Positions 9,625 through 20,326 are shown, counted from the stretch's first letter. The stretch: DNA of 64,000 nt from an uncultured delta proteobacterium (GCA_963763745.1 CAVXQJ010000001.1:194431-258430), one strand, 5' to 3'. The notes: generated from the letters alone by a model not told the origin. Translations and numbers: made by a program.

Positions 9625-10152
9625 TTAGCTCGACTTCGGCTTCGCGACCACGACCATGGCCGCGCGCAAGAGCTTCTCGCCCTCGCGATAACCCGGTTGG
9701 ACTTCGGCGACGACGGTGCCTGGCGCGTGCTCGTCGGTTTCCAATTGCTGAATCGCTTCGTGCATCGACGGATCGAACATCGCGCCGACGGTGGGAACGC
9801 GCCCGATGCCGGAGCGGCCGATCGTGCTCTCGAACTGCTTCAAGATCATCGTGAGGCCTTCGGACACCGCCTTCACGTCCGTCGCCTTGAGCGCGCTCTG
9901 GATCGCGCGCTCGACGTTGTCGAAGATGGGCAGCAGATCCTTGAGCAGATCTTCGCGGCCGCCGCGGCGCGCGTCCTCGAGCTCACGGCGCGTGCGCTTG
10001 CGGAAGTTGTCGAAGTCGGCGGACGTGCGAAGGAGCATGTCCTTGAGCTTCGCCGCTTCTTGCTGCACGCGCTCGAGCTCGGTCAGCTCTTCGGCGGGCT
10101 CCGACGTTGCCTCCGTGGGCTCCGGGGTCGTGTTCTCGTTGTCGTCGTCCAT
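9625..10152 (-). CDS. grpE: nucleotide exchange factor GrpE
   Basis: 175 aa; acidic N-terminus, coiled-coil, [11 protein letters not shown] and C-terminal beta-domain typical of GrpE. Confidence 0.9.
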   Translation of the reverse strand: MDDDNENTTPEPTEATSEPAEELTELERVQQEAAKLKDMLLRTSADFDNFRKRTRRELEDARRGGREDLLKDLLPIFDNVERAIQSALKATDVKAVSEGLTMILKQFESTIGRSGIGRVPTVGAMFDPSMHEAIQQLETDEHAPGTVVAEVQPGYREGEKLLRAAMVVVAKPKSS

Positions 10153-10154
10153 CG

Positions 10155-10853
10155 TTACGGCGCCAGAGTAAGTACGCTATCGGCTTTCTGCACGGAAAAG
10201 TAAAGTCCTCGGGCGTAGAGGCGACGGCGGTCTTTCTCGGGCAAATCCCCGCTCCGCGCGCGCACGGCGTGGTCGAGCAAGATTCCGGCGGTGACGCTGA
10301 CGTTGAGGCTGTCCGTGAACCCGCGCATCGGCACGCGGACGCGGCGCGTGCACGCGGCGGCGAGCTCTTCGGTGACGCCGTCGTGCTCGTTTCCGAGCAC
10401 GAGCGCGAGACGCGGGATGCTCGCGAGATCCTCGGGCAAGAGCTCGCCGGCGGGATGCGCCGTCACGAGCTCGAAATCGTTTTTCAAGACGCCGACGACG
10501 TCGGCCACGCTCGCGTGACGCACGACATCGACCCATTTCGCGGAGCCGCGCGCGACCGAGCCCGCGGTGAGAAAACGCTCTTGTCGCTCGACGACGTGGA
10601 TCGTTTGGACGCCGAGCGCCTCGCACGATCGCACGACTGCCGCGCCGTTGAACGGATCGTGCGGCGCATCGAACACGACGCTCACGCTCGCGAGGCGCGC
10701 TTCGATCACTTCGAGGATGCGCGCGCGTCGCCGCTCGAGCACGAGCGGCTCGAGAAGCCGAATCACGCGCTCGGGATCTTCGCGCTCGATCCGCGCAATT
10801 TTGCGGGGCACGAGTGCATCTGCATCCATGACTTCCGCGGTGCTTCGCCGCAT
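10155..10853 (-). CDS. SpoU/TrmH-family RNA 2'-O-methyltransferase
   Basis: C-terminal 232 aa of track ORF 10155..12269: [23 protein letters not shown]...[10 protein letters not shown]...[12 protein letters not shown] (SPOUT motifs); ATG at 10853; stop adjacent to grpE start. Confidence 0.8.
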   Translation of the reverse strand: MRRSTAEVMDADALVPRKIARIEREDPERVIRLLEPLVLERRRARILEVIEARLASVSVVFDAPHDPFNGAAVVRSCEALGVQTIHVVERQERFLTAGSVARGSAKWVDVVRHASVADVVGVLKNDFELVTAHPAGELLPEDLASIPRLALVLGNEHDGVTEELAAACTRRVRVPMRGFTDSLNVSVTAGILLDHAVRARSGDLPEKDRRRLYARGLYFSVQKADSVLTLAP

Positions 10854-10955
10854 AGGGTCTCGCTTACCTGTTTCTTTCGCAAACAGTGGGCGAAAACGGC
10901 TCGAAGGCGTACGCTTTTGTGGCCTCTCGTCCGTCCAACGGACCAGGTTTCCCCG

Positions 10956-13900
10956 ATGGCGCGCCCCTCCAACCTCTTGTCGAGCCTTCCGCCGCTTCCG
11001 AAGCGCCGGCGGCGCGTGGGGTCGCGGGTCGGGCGCGCGTTTGCGCGGTTCTTGACGCTGCTTTTGGCGCTCGCCGGCGTGCTCCCGGTGGCGTGCATCG
11101 GGCTCGTGCGGTCGGCTTATGCACGCGATTGGGCCATGCGCGAGACGGCCAAGGCGCTCCACGATCAGGGCATCGTCGCGCACTTCGACGTGCTGCTTCA
11201 CCTCTGGCCGCTCTCGATCGAGCTCGCCAACGTGAGCATCGATTCGTCCGATGGTGGAGGCCCCGCGCTCACGGCGCGCCGCGCGACGGTGCGCCCGCGA
11301 TTTTTCGCGTTGATGAGCGGGAAGCTCATGATCGACCAAATCGACATCGAAGCGCCGCACGCGCGCCTCGTCGTGACGGACGGCAAGCTCCAGAACCTCG
11401 CGATCAAACCGCAACCGGAGCAAAAGAAAAAAGGCCCGCTTCACCTTCCGTTCAATGCGTTCGCGATCACCGACGGCGACGTGGATCTGACGGTCGACTC
11501 CGTGCACGTGCAAGCCCACGAGCTCGATCTCGACGTGCAGACGGACGACGAAGAGAGCGGCACGTCGCTCGAGATCGCGCTCCGCGCGGGCGAGAGCTAC
11601 GTCGTCAGGCAGCGGCAAACGCCCGACGGCGACAACGCGTTCGACGAGGACGCGGTGTGCTCGATCGACGCGCGCGTTCGCCTCACGCCCGAAGACGTCA
11701 CCGTGCGCCGCTTCGAGCTCCAAGGCACCGCCGACCTCGATCCCGGCAAGCTCACGACGCCTCCGTGCAAGCTCGGCAAAGACGACCAACGACGCGTCGA
11801 GCTCGAGCTCGCGCACGCGCGCATGAAGCTTCCGAAAGAGGGCGAGCTCCCGAGCGACATCAGCGGTCACATCCGCGCGCGCATTCCGGTCGGCGCTGCG
11901 ACGCGCCTCGCGAAGTTGCCCGAGGTCGAAGGCTGGGTCGGCGTCGACGCGGACGTGCGCTACGCGGCGGGCATGCAGATGCCCGAGGTGAGTGGGCGCG
12001 TGACCGCGGGCGGCATTCGCGTCGATCGCTACCACTTCGCGGACGTCGTCGACGCGGACATCGCGATTCGCAACAACGTGATTCGCAGCCCGCGCATGAT
12101 CGTGCAGCTCGCGGGCGGAACCGTTCACCTCAAGGACGTTCACGTGGAGCCGCTCGCGAAGACGCTCGGCGCGGCGGCCGACATCGAGAACGTCGACTTC
12201 GCGTCGCTCATGGTCGCGCTCGGCGTCGCGCAGCACCCGCACGTCGGTTGGGACATCGTCGACATCCACATGGCGAATTTCGGCGGCTCGCTCGACCCGC
12301 TCAAGCTCGACGGAGACTTCACGACGACGACGAAGAACTTCGCCGTCTGGGACAAATGGGTGAAGGACTCAACGCGCCAGAAGCTCATCGGCTTCAGCGA
12401 GGCGAAGCTCGGCGCGCACCTCGCCGTGCGTCCCGACTCGGTGCAATTCAAGAACGCGCGCGGCGATCTCCCGCACACGCACGTCGACGGCGGTTTCGTG
12501 CTGCTCGGGTACAACAACGATCTACGCGTCGACGTCGAGAGGGCGCACGTCGACCTCGCCGACATCACGCCGCTCGCGGGGATTCCCATCGCGGGCGTCG
12601 CGGACGCGAAGGTGCACGTCGGCACGTCGATGAACGACCCGAAGGTGGCCGGCGACGCGACGGTTCAAAACTTCTCGATCGCCGACATGCCGTTCGGGAA
12701 CATCACCGCCGCGCACGCCGACGTCGATCGCAACGGCGACATGCAGATCCTCACGCTGAAAGGCGTGAAGGCGCAGAAGAACAAGAGCACGTACGAGATG
12801 CCGCAAGGCAAGGTCGAGTTCGGCGGCGAAGCGAGCATGAAGATGGACGCGAACGTCATCGCGCAGAGCTTGAACCTCCGCGACTTGCTCGACGTGTTCC
12901 ACATGAACGAAGACCCGCGCTTCGACGGCATCGACGGAAATCTCGCGGGCGACACGACGCTCCACTTCGTGCTCGGCGGCCGCGAGGACGAGTGCGGCGG
13001 CGGCGCGATCAACTTGCACGCGAGCCCGCACCTCTCGTCGGTGGAGCTCTACGGCGAAAAATTCGACGACGGCGACGCGGACATCGATTTGCGCTGGCGC
13101 GATCGCGCGGCGGGCTTCGAAGGCGCGGACGTCGACGTGCACGCGTTCACGCTCCACAAAGTGCGGCGCGAGAAAGACGGCGCGACGTTCGGCTCGCTCC
13201 TCGGCTCGGCGACGATCAAACCGGGCGGCATCCTCCACGGAAACGTCGTGCTCGAAGGCGTCCCGCTCTCTCGCTTGCAAACGCTCGGGCCGATCGCGCC
13301 CGAGCTCGACGGAACGGTGTCGGGTCTCGCGCAAGTCAGCGGCACGATCGAAGCGTTCACCGCAGACGCGGACATCGACGTGTCGCCCGTGCACGTGCGC
13401 AGCGCCGACCTCGGCGCATCGAAGCTCCACGTGACGATGACGCAGCTCCCATCGAAGGCCAACATCGTCGGCAAGACGAGGTGCGGCGCGCCGATGCAAG
13501 GTCCGTTCGACAAGGCCGCGTACATCGCGGACACGTCATCGCACGGCGCGTACGTCGTGACGGGCGATTTGTTCGGCGGGCAGATTCATCTCGACCGCGT
13601 GAGCGCATCGCGCGCGAAACAAATGGAAGTCTCCGGCGCGCTCAAAGTGCAGAAGCTCGCGCTCGACACGGTGGTCAAAGCCGCGGGCCTCACCGAGGGC
13701 GGGCTCGCGAAGCTCTCCGGCGAGCTCTCGGGCGACGTGAACATCGATCACATCAAGCAAGGCGACTACGCGAGCTCGTCGGCGAGCTTCATCCCGCGAT
13801 CGCTCACGCTCATCGATGAGGGAAAGAAGCTCGTCTTCAAGCCCACGGGCTCGCCCATCGTGCTCGCTGGTAACAAGGTAACATTGCCCGCGATCGAGCT

Positions 13901-15377
13901 CGATTTGTCCGCTGCGGGCGGGGTGAGCGGCGCGGTGACGCTGCAAGGCGGGCTCAAGGATCCGTTCGGCGATCCGACGCTCGACGTGCGCGCGGATCTC
14001 GCGCCGGTCGATCTCTCCGTGCTCGCGGGCGTCGTGCCGAAGCTCGATCGCGCCGCGGGGACGTTGTCGGGCTCGGCGCGCATCACGGGGCGCGCCGCGG
14101 ATCCGCAGGTCGAAGGCGAGGCGAAGCTGCGCGCGAGCGAGCTCTTCGTGCGCGGGTTGCCGGCGCCCGTGAACGATCTCGAAATCGACGCGCGCGCGGA
14201 CGCGTCCGAGGTGCGCATCACGCACGGCACGGCGAAGTTCGCGGGAGGCACGCTGTCGCTCGGCGGGCGCGTTCCTATCAAGAACCTCGGTCTCGGCAAC
14301 GTGGAGCTCACGCTCGGCGCGCGCAACGTGCGGCTCGCGCCAGCCGACGGAATCGCCGCGGGCCTCGATGCCGATCTCACGCTCACGATCGACGACGCAA
14401 GCGTCGACAAACGCAAATTGCCGAACCTCGCCGGCGATATCGCGATCGCGTCGCTCGACTACACGCGCCCCATCAACCTCGCCGGCGACATCGGCTCGCT
14501 CGGCGCCGCGAAGCGCACCGAGATCGAAACGTACGACCCGACACAAGACGCGATCACGCTCGATCTCCGCGTGCGCGCGAAGGCGCCGCTCCGCATCAAG
14601 AACAACCTCGTCGAGACCGCGATCCAATTCGACAAGCCGCTGCAAGTCACGGGCACGAACCAGCGCTTCGGTCTGCGCGGTGAGATGCACGCGCTCCCCG
14701 GCGGGCGACTGCGATTGCCGTTCGGGTCGAGCGTCTTCGACATCCAGCAAGCGATCGTGCGCTTCGACGATCCCTCGCGCATCGCGGCGCACGTCGACAT
14801 CCAAGCGACGACGGAATATCGCCGCACCTCGAGCCAGAGCTCCACCGGCGCGACGAGCGCGGGCGGAACGACGGGCACGACGTGGCGCATCGCGCTCCAC
14901 GCGTACGGCGACACCAACGATCTCAAAGTCGATCTCTCGAGCGATCCGCCGCTCTCGAACGAGGACATCGTCTTGCTCCTCACGATTGGAATCACGCGCG
15001 CCGAGGCCGATCAGATTCAAGCGGGCACGCTCGGCGCGGGCATCGCGCTCGAAGCGCTTTCGTCCATCACCAACGCGTCCACCGCCGTGAAGAACGCGGT
15101 GCCGATCATCGACGACTTCAAATTCGGCAGCGCATACTCGCCAAAAACGGGCCGCAGCGAGCCCACCGTGCAAGTCGGAAAACGCATCACGAAGAACGTC
15201 AGCGCCAACGTGGCGACGACGCTCTCCGACGAACGCGAGCTCTACGCGAACATCATGTGGAAGCTCGGAAAGAATTTCAGCGTGCTTGGCTCGTACGACA
15301 ACGTCAACAATGACGTAACATCCAGCGCGGTCGGGAACCTGGGCGTCGACTTGCGGTGGAGAGTTGAGTTCAAATAA
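10956..15377 (+). CDS. tamB: translocation and assembly module protein TamB-like (DUF490/AsmA-like), 1473 aa
   Basis: ATG at 10956 within track ORF 10107..15377; N-terminal TM anchor, long beta-rich repetitive body; position immediately upstream of an Omp85 gene. Confidence 0.75.
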   Translation: MARPSNLLSSLPPLPKRRRRVGSRVGRAFARFLTLLLALAGVLPVACIGLVRSAYARDWAMRETAKALHDQGIVAHFDVLLHLWPLSIELANVSIDSSDGGGPALTARRATVRPRFFALMSGKLMIDQIDIEAPHARLVVTDGKLQNLAIKPQPEQKKKGPLHLPFNAFAITDGDVDLTVDSVHVQAHELDLDVQTDDEESGTSLEIALRAGESYVVRQRQTPDGDNAFDEDAVCSIDARVRLTPEDVTVRRFELQGTADLDPGKLTTPPCKLGKDDQRRVELELAHARMKLPKEGELPSDISGHIRARIPVGAATRLAKLPEVEGWVGVDADVRYAAGMQMPEVSGRVTAGGIRVDRYHFADVVDADIAIRNNVIRSPRMIVQLAGGTVHLKDVHVEPLAKTLGAAADIENVDFASLMVALGVAQHPHVGWDIVDIHMANFGGSLDPLKLDGDFTTTTKNFAVWDKWVKDSTRQKLIGFSEAKLGAHLAVRPDSVQFKNARGDLPHTHVDGGFVLLGYNNDLRVDVERAHVDLADITPLAGIPIAGVADAKVHVGTSMNDPKVAGDATVQNFSIADMPFGNITAAHADVDRNGDMQILTLKGVKAQKNKSTYEMPQGKVEFGGEASMKMDANVIAQSLNLRDLLDVFHMNEDPRFDGIDGNLAGDTTLHFVLGGREDECGGGAINLHASPHLSSVELYGEKFDDGDADIDLRWRDRAAGFEGADVDVHAFTLHKVRREKDGATFGSLLGSATIKPGGILHGNVVLEGVPLSRLQTLGPIAPELDGTVSGLAQVSGTIEAFTADADIDVSPVHVRSADLGASKLHVTMTQLPSKANIVGKTRCGAPMQGPFDKAAYIADTSSHGAYVVTGDLFGGQIHLDRVSASRAKQMEVSGALKVQKLALDTVVKAAGLTEGGLAKLSGELSGDVNIDHIKQGDYASSSASFIPRSLTLIDEGKKLVFKPTGSPIVLAGNKVTLPAIELDLSAAGGVSGAVTLQGGLKDPFGDPTLDVRADLAPVDLSVLAGVVPKLDRAAGTLSGSARITGRAADPQVEGEAKLRASELFVRGLPAPVNDLEIDARADASEVRITHGTAKFAGGTLSLGGRVPIKNLGLGNVELTLGARNVRLAPADGIAAGLDADLTLTIDDASVDKRKLPNLAGDIAIASLDYTRPINLAGDIGSLGAAKRTEIETYDPTQDAITLDLRVRAKAPLRIKNNLVETAIQFDKPLQVTGTNQRFGLRGEMHALPGGRLRLPFGSSVFDIQQAIVRFDDPSRIAAHVDIQATTEYRRTSSQSSTGATSAGGTTGTTWRIALHAYGDTNDLKVDLSSDPPLSNEDIVLLLTIGITRAEADQIQAGTLGAGIALEALSSITNASTAVKNAVPIIDDFKFGSAYSPKTGRSEPTVQVGKRITKNVSANVATTLSDERELYANIMWKLGKNFSVLGSYDNVNNDVTSSAVGNLGVDLRWRVEFK

Positions 15378-18300
15378 GCCGTTCATCATAGCGGCGTTGT
15401 TGGTCGCGTTCCTGATTCACTCCGTGCTCGCGCACGCGGGCGTGCCTTTGTCCGTCACGCCGCTGCCCGCGCCGGAGCTACCGCCGATCAACGCAGCGAC
15501 CGTGCAAGTACCGTCGCCCGCGCCGGATCTGAGCGCGTACGAAGGAAAGCCCGTGCGCGCGGCGGAGGTCGTCTTCGACGAGGATCCGTGGGACGACATC
15601 AAGCCGCGCCCGCTTCGCATGGTGCACATCGGCGATCCGTTTCGCGCGGAGATTGCTCGCACCGCGATGCTCGAAGCGCTCGCCAATGGGCTCGCGGGAA
15701 ACGCGAAGGTGAACGTCTTCAGCGAAGGCGACGGCGTGCACATCCGCGTCCACGCGATTCCACGTCGCGTCATCGACGGTCTGCGCGTCGAGCTCCATCG
15801 CGCGCAAGTCGACCGCGAAGAAATTCTCCACGAGTCGCAGCTCGAGGAGGGCGGCGAAATTCTCGGCAGCGAGATCGCGGCGCGCAAAAAGCGAATCGAG
15901 GTCGTCCTCGCGCGGCACGGCTTCCCGCAAGCGCAAGCGGAGATCTCGACGCGCGGAACCGACACCGAGGGCCACGTGCTCGTGCTCCTCGACGTGAACG
16001 TCGGACAACCGCGCAAGGTCGCGCGCCGCATCTTTTATCCGTTCGGCGCGAAGCCCGCGGACCTCGAGCCGTTCACGAAGCAATACGACATCGACGAGGG
16101 CGATCGCATCGACGAGGCCGCGCTCCAGCAAGCCGATCTCGCGCTCGAAAACAAATTGCGCGCGGCCGGTTGGTACGAAGCCGCGGTGAAGCACGACATC
16201 GTGCTCGTCCAATACGCGAGCGGCGCCGTCATCACGCTCCGCGTTCGCATCGACAGCGGCCCGCGCTACTTCACGCGCTTCGACGGCAACGCGCACTACG
16301 ACGCCGACGCCCTCACGAGCGCGCTCGCGCTCGAGTCCGATCCCGACACCGGCGAGCAACACCTCGCCGACAAGATTCGTCGCTTCTACGTCGCGCGCGC
16401 GTTCCTCGACGTGATCGTCACGAGCGAGCTCCGCGGGAAACCGACGGACGAGTCACGCTACCTCGTCCTCCACGTTCGCGAAGGGCGCCGCACCGCGGTC
16501 ACCGCGCGGCAGTACCCGTGCGTGCGCGATCAAGACATCGCGCATCTCGACGCGGGCGGGCCAAGCTCGGCGTCGGCAATCGGACGCGAGATCGACAGCT
16601 TCCTCGACGAGGATCTCCCCGGCGCGGACTTCGTCTCCGATCCCGATCCGCGCGCCATCGATCGCGATCTCGGCGGTGGAGGCGGGACGCGCTCCGCGCC
16701 GATCGATCTCGATCCGAGCGCGACGTACTCGCCCGAGACGTACGACAAGGGCATTCAGCACGTGCAGGAGCTCTATCGCAACGAGGGCTTCATGAGCGCG
16801 CTCGTCGGGCCCGTTCAAGTCATGCGCCGCCAATGCGATCCGCACTCGCCGCCCGGACGCTGCGTGCCAATGCCGTTCACGCAGCAGCTGCCGGAGGCGT
16901 GCAATTACGATCGCAGCGGGCTCCCCACGCCGGTCGCGCCGCTCGATGCGAGCTTCACGTGCACGCCCGATCCCACGCACGGCGTCGAGTGCGAGCCCGC
17001 CGTGCGCCTTCGCATCCCGATCCGACTCGGGCCGCGCACGTCGCTCTCGGACGTCGCGTTCTTCGGTGCAAAATCGATCAGCGAAAAAGAGCTCGCAGAC
17101 TCCGCCGCGCTCGACCTCGGCAAGCCCGTCAGCACGCTCAAGGTCGACGAGGCGCGCCGGCGCGTCGTCGATCGTTATCGCGAGGAAGGGTTCTACTACG
17201 CGGACGTGAAGTACGACGTCCAACGCTCGCTCGACAACACGCAGGCGCGCGCGCGCTTCGACGTGAACGAGGGCGATCGCGTCGTCGTCACGCAGATCGT
17301 GATTCAGGGAAACGCGATCACGAACGAGTCGGTCATTCGCCGGCGCGTCGCGCTCAAGATCGGCGAGCCGTTTCGCACGAGCGACGTGCGCAAGACGCAA
17401 GAGCGCATCGCGACGCTCAACGTCTTCACGAGCGTCAGCGTCGTCTTGCAAGACGCGCAGGTCCCGCAAAAAAGAAAGACGGTCATCATCACCGTGTCGG
17501 AGAAGCCGACGCAGTACCTCGAGCCGTCGCTCGGTTTCTCGACCGGTGAAGGCGCGCGCGGCTCGCTCGAGTACGGCTACACGAACCTCTTCGGCAGCGC
17601 GATCAGCGCCGTCATTCGTGCGCGCGTCTCGTACCTGCCCGATTTTCTGATTTCGGATCCGACCATCCTCCAGAATTTCCAAAAGCTCAGCGTCGGCGAT
17701 CGCATCGCGTATCGCGTCACGCTCTCGCTCGGCTTCCCCGACATCGGGCTCGGGCCCGACGTCCGCGCGAACCTCGACGGCGTGTATCTGCAGGACGTCG
17801 AGCGCTACTTCATCATCGACAAGGCGGCGTTCATTCCGACCGCGGTTTTCCGGCCGATCAAGCAACACGCCTTCGCGCTCACGGTGAGCGCCGAGTACAA
17901 CAACCTCAACGTCTTCAACAACCAGTCACCCGCCGAAGCCGTGGCGCTCAGCGGCGGCAACCTCGACGTGCAGCGCTTGCTTCGCGCACCCGCGGGTCAG
18001 AGCGCGGTGCTCTCGCAGCGACTCTTGTGGACGTGGGACCGCCGCGACAACGCGTTCAACGCACACAAAGGAACGTTCTTCAGCCTCAACGCCGAGCACG
18101 TGAACTGGTGGCCGCTCGGCGTCCCGGCGAACGAAACCATTTGCACGATCTGCTCGAACCTCAACCAGGTGCCGCTCTTGCCGCAGACGGTCGCGCCGAC
18201 GCCGGGACACTTTCTCAAGCTCGGCGAGACGTTCTCGGGATATTTCCCGCTGCCGTTCTACAAAAAGATCACCGTCGCCGCGACGCTCCGCATCGGCGCG

Positions 18301-18733
18301 ATCGTTCAGCTCGCGAGCGGCTCGACGACGTATCCCGATCGCTTCTACTTCATGGGCGGCATCGACTCGCTGCGCAGCTACCTGCAAGACAGCATGATGC
18401 CGCAGGACGCCGCCGACCAGATCGACGAAGAAGATCATCACACCGGGCCAGGTCGCCATTCGCGGCGGCAACCTCCTCGTGAATCCGCGCGTCGAGCTTC
18501 GCATTCCCATCACGGGTCCGCTCGAGACGGTGCTCTTCTTCGACACGGGAAATCTGTGGCAGGACGCGTCGTACATCTTCAACAACGGAATCTCGTTCCG
18601 CGCCGCCGTCGGCTCCGGTATTCGCGTGCAAACGCCCGTGGGGCCGATTGCGCTCGACTATGGAATCAACCTCACGCGTCAGGAGGCGTACGAGGATTTC
18701 GGCGCGCTCAATTTCGCCATCGGTCTTTTTTAG
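15364..18733 (+). CDS. Omp85/BamA-TamA family outer-membrane protein with POTRA repeats (~1120 aa); apparent +1 frame disruption near 18440-18450
   Basis: TTG start 15364 with signal peptide; POTRA-like repeats; Cys-rich insertion; C-terminal strands and terminal F are in the +1 frame (track ORF 18479..18733: VELRIPITGPLETVLFFDTGNLW...AIGLF); joining needs removal of one base from a short GGG/CC run. Confidence 0.75.
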
Positions 18734-19836
18734 AAGAAACGTCGGAGCACGACGCCGGCGATCGCGCCGCCCGCGACGAGCCACGTCGAGTTGACGCGAA
18801 AGCGGAAGAGCACGACCGCGCCGACGATGGCGATGATCGCGGTAGGCACGTCGACGATGGCCGCGACGGCGAGCTGCACGGTGACCACCGCCATCAGTGC
18901 GACGGACGCCGCGCTCACGCCGTCGAGAAACGCGCTGGCGCTCTTCGAGCTTCGGATGCGCGCGAGGAGCGGTCGTGTCAGAGCGACGAGCGCGAAGCCC
19001 GGAAGAAAAATCGCAATCGTGGATACGATCGCGCCCGGCACGCCGCCCACGAGATAACCGATGAACGTCGCGCTCGTGAACACGGGGCCCGGCGTGACTT
19101 GACCGACGGCGACCGCGTCGAGGAGCTGCGCTTCGGTGAGCCAATGGAGTCGCACGACGAAATCGTCGCGCAAGAACGCGAGCAGCACGTAGCCGCTCCC
19201 GAACACGAGCGCGCCGATCTTCAAGAACGCGAGGAACAGTCCGAGCAAGCTCGCGTGCGCGGCGGTCGTCGCGATCGTGGGCGCGACGATCACCGCGCGC
19301 GATGCGTTCGGATCCTTCGCGCCACGCGCGACGGTGGTCGCCGCGCCGGACGCGAGCAAAATCCAAAGCGGCGTCACGCCGAGCGCGGATGCGATCGCCG
19401 CACCCAAAGCGACCGCACCGAGCCACCACGAACCCTTCACCGCTTTCGGCGCGAGGCCCGCGAGCGCTTGCGCGATCACGCCGATCACGATGGGCTTCAC
19501 GCCGTAGAGCACACCCGCCATCTGCGGCAGCGATCCGAATCGCGCGTACGCCCATGCGAGCGCGAGCACGATCAACGCGGCAGGCGCGATGAAGCACACA
19601 CCACCGAGCACGAGCCCGAGGAAGCCGGCGCGCTCGTACCCGATGTAGATCGCCATCTCCGTCGAGCTCGGACCCGGGATGAGATTCGACGCTGCGAGCA
19701 ATTCGAGAAACCGCTCGTGCGTCAGCCATTTTCGGCGACGAACGAATTCGTCCTCCATGATCGCGATGTGCGCGGCGGGTCCGCCGAATGCGGTCAGCCC
19801 GAGCCGCAAAAACGCGCGGGCGACTTCCCCCCTCAC
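18730..19836 (-). CDS. chrA: chromate transporter ChrA (CHR family)
   Basis: FLRLGLTAFGGPAAHIAIMEDEFV...LIPGPSSTEMAIYIGY and a second CHR repeat; start assigned to GTG 19836-19834, which overlaps the TAG of the upstream DUF962 gene (TAGTG). Confidence 0.8.
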   Translation of the reverse strand: MRGEVARAFLRLGLTAFGGPAAHIAIMEDEFVRRRKWLTHERFLELLAASNLIPGPSSTEMAIYIGYERAGFLGLVLGGVCFIAPAALIVLALAWAYARFGSLPQMAGVLYGVKPIVIGVIAQALAGLAPKAVKGSWWLGAVALGAAIASALGVTPLWILLASGAATTVARGAKDPNASRAVIVAPTIATTAAHASLLGLFLAFLKIGALVFGSGYVLLAFLRDDFVVRLHWLTEAQLLDAVAVGQVTPGPVFTSATFIGYLVGGVPGAIVSTIAIFLPGFALVALTRPLLARIRSSKSASAFLDGVSAASVALMAVVTVQLAVAAIVDVPTAIIAIVGAVVLFRFRVNSTWLVAGGAIAGVVLRRFF

Positions 19837-20201
19837 TACGCGGGCTGCGGCGCGTGCGTGCCGTTCGTCTTTTTCGAGACGTGGCGCGCGTGCTCGCGCA
19901 CTTGGTAGATGCGCTTCTTCGTCAAGAATTCGATCCACTCGACGGTGATCCACACGGGGCCGATCGCGAGGTATCGCAGGTCGCGCGTGAACGACGGCTT
20001 TTTGCCTTCGAACACGTGGCCGACGAATTGAAAGGCCCAGCCCGTGCTGAACATGCCGAGCCCGACAGGCGGCGCGATGGGAATGACCGGCAGCGACGCG
20101 ACGATCATCGGAATGCCGATCATGTGGCATGCCTTGTTGACCGGATGCAGGTGGTCTTCGTGGTATTGGCGCATGTAGTCGTGGAAGGACATCGTCGACA
20201 T
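19836..20201 (-). CDS. DUF962 (Mpo1-like) small membrane protein
   Basis: MSTMSFHDYMRQYHEDHLHPVNKACHMIGIPMIVASL...; protein-like ORF in an alternate frame relative to the Arg-rich extension of the chrA track ORF. Confidence 0.7.
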   Translation of the reverse strand: MSTMSFHDYMRQYHEDHLHPVNKACHMIGIPMIVASLPVIPIAPPVGLGMFSTGWAFQFVGHVFEGKKPSFTRDLRYLAIGPVWITVEWIEFLTKKRIYQVREHARHVSKKTNGTHAPQPA

Positions 20202-20227
20202 TGCGTTGCGAGTTTAGCACGCGGAGA

Positions 20228-20315
20228 GGGCTTTAGGCTTTGGGCTTTAGGCTTTAGGAGAAGAGCGATCACGCTTCTGCTTCTTGCCAAAGCCCAAAGC
20301 CCAAAGCCCAAAGCC
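20228..20315. repeat. ~88-nt near-perfect palindrome: (GGGCTTTR)x4 - 28-nt spacer - (AAAGCCC)x4
   Basis: Left arm 20228-20258 is GGGCTTTAGGCTTTGGGCTTTAGGCTTTAGG; right arm 20287-20315 is its reverse complement as heptamer tandem repeats; sits in the divergent region between the DUF962/chrA and tldD starts. Confidence 0.85.
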
Positions 20316-20326
20316 AAGAGGGCGCA

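Noticed and set aside
10107-10955. N-terminal 283 aa of the 1756-aa tamB track ORF
   Set aside because: This part overlaps grpE and the methyltransferase antisense and is compositionally junk-like. The first credible start with a TM anchor is ATG 10956.
10854-10955. CIRCE/HrcA operator upstream of the grpE-dnaK cluster
   Set aside because: No TTAGCACTC-N9-GAGTGCTAA-like inverted repeat is visible in the region upstream of the first gene of the cluster.
15364-19908. Treating the whole 1514-aa track ORF as one Omp85 protein
   Set aside because: After about 18450 the translation becomes Arg-rich (HSRRQPPRESARRA...). The genuine barrel C-terminus (...NFAIGLF) is in the adjacent frame and ends at 18733.
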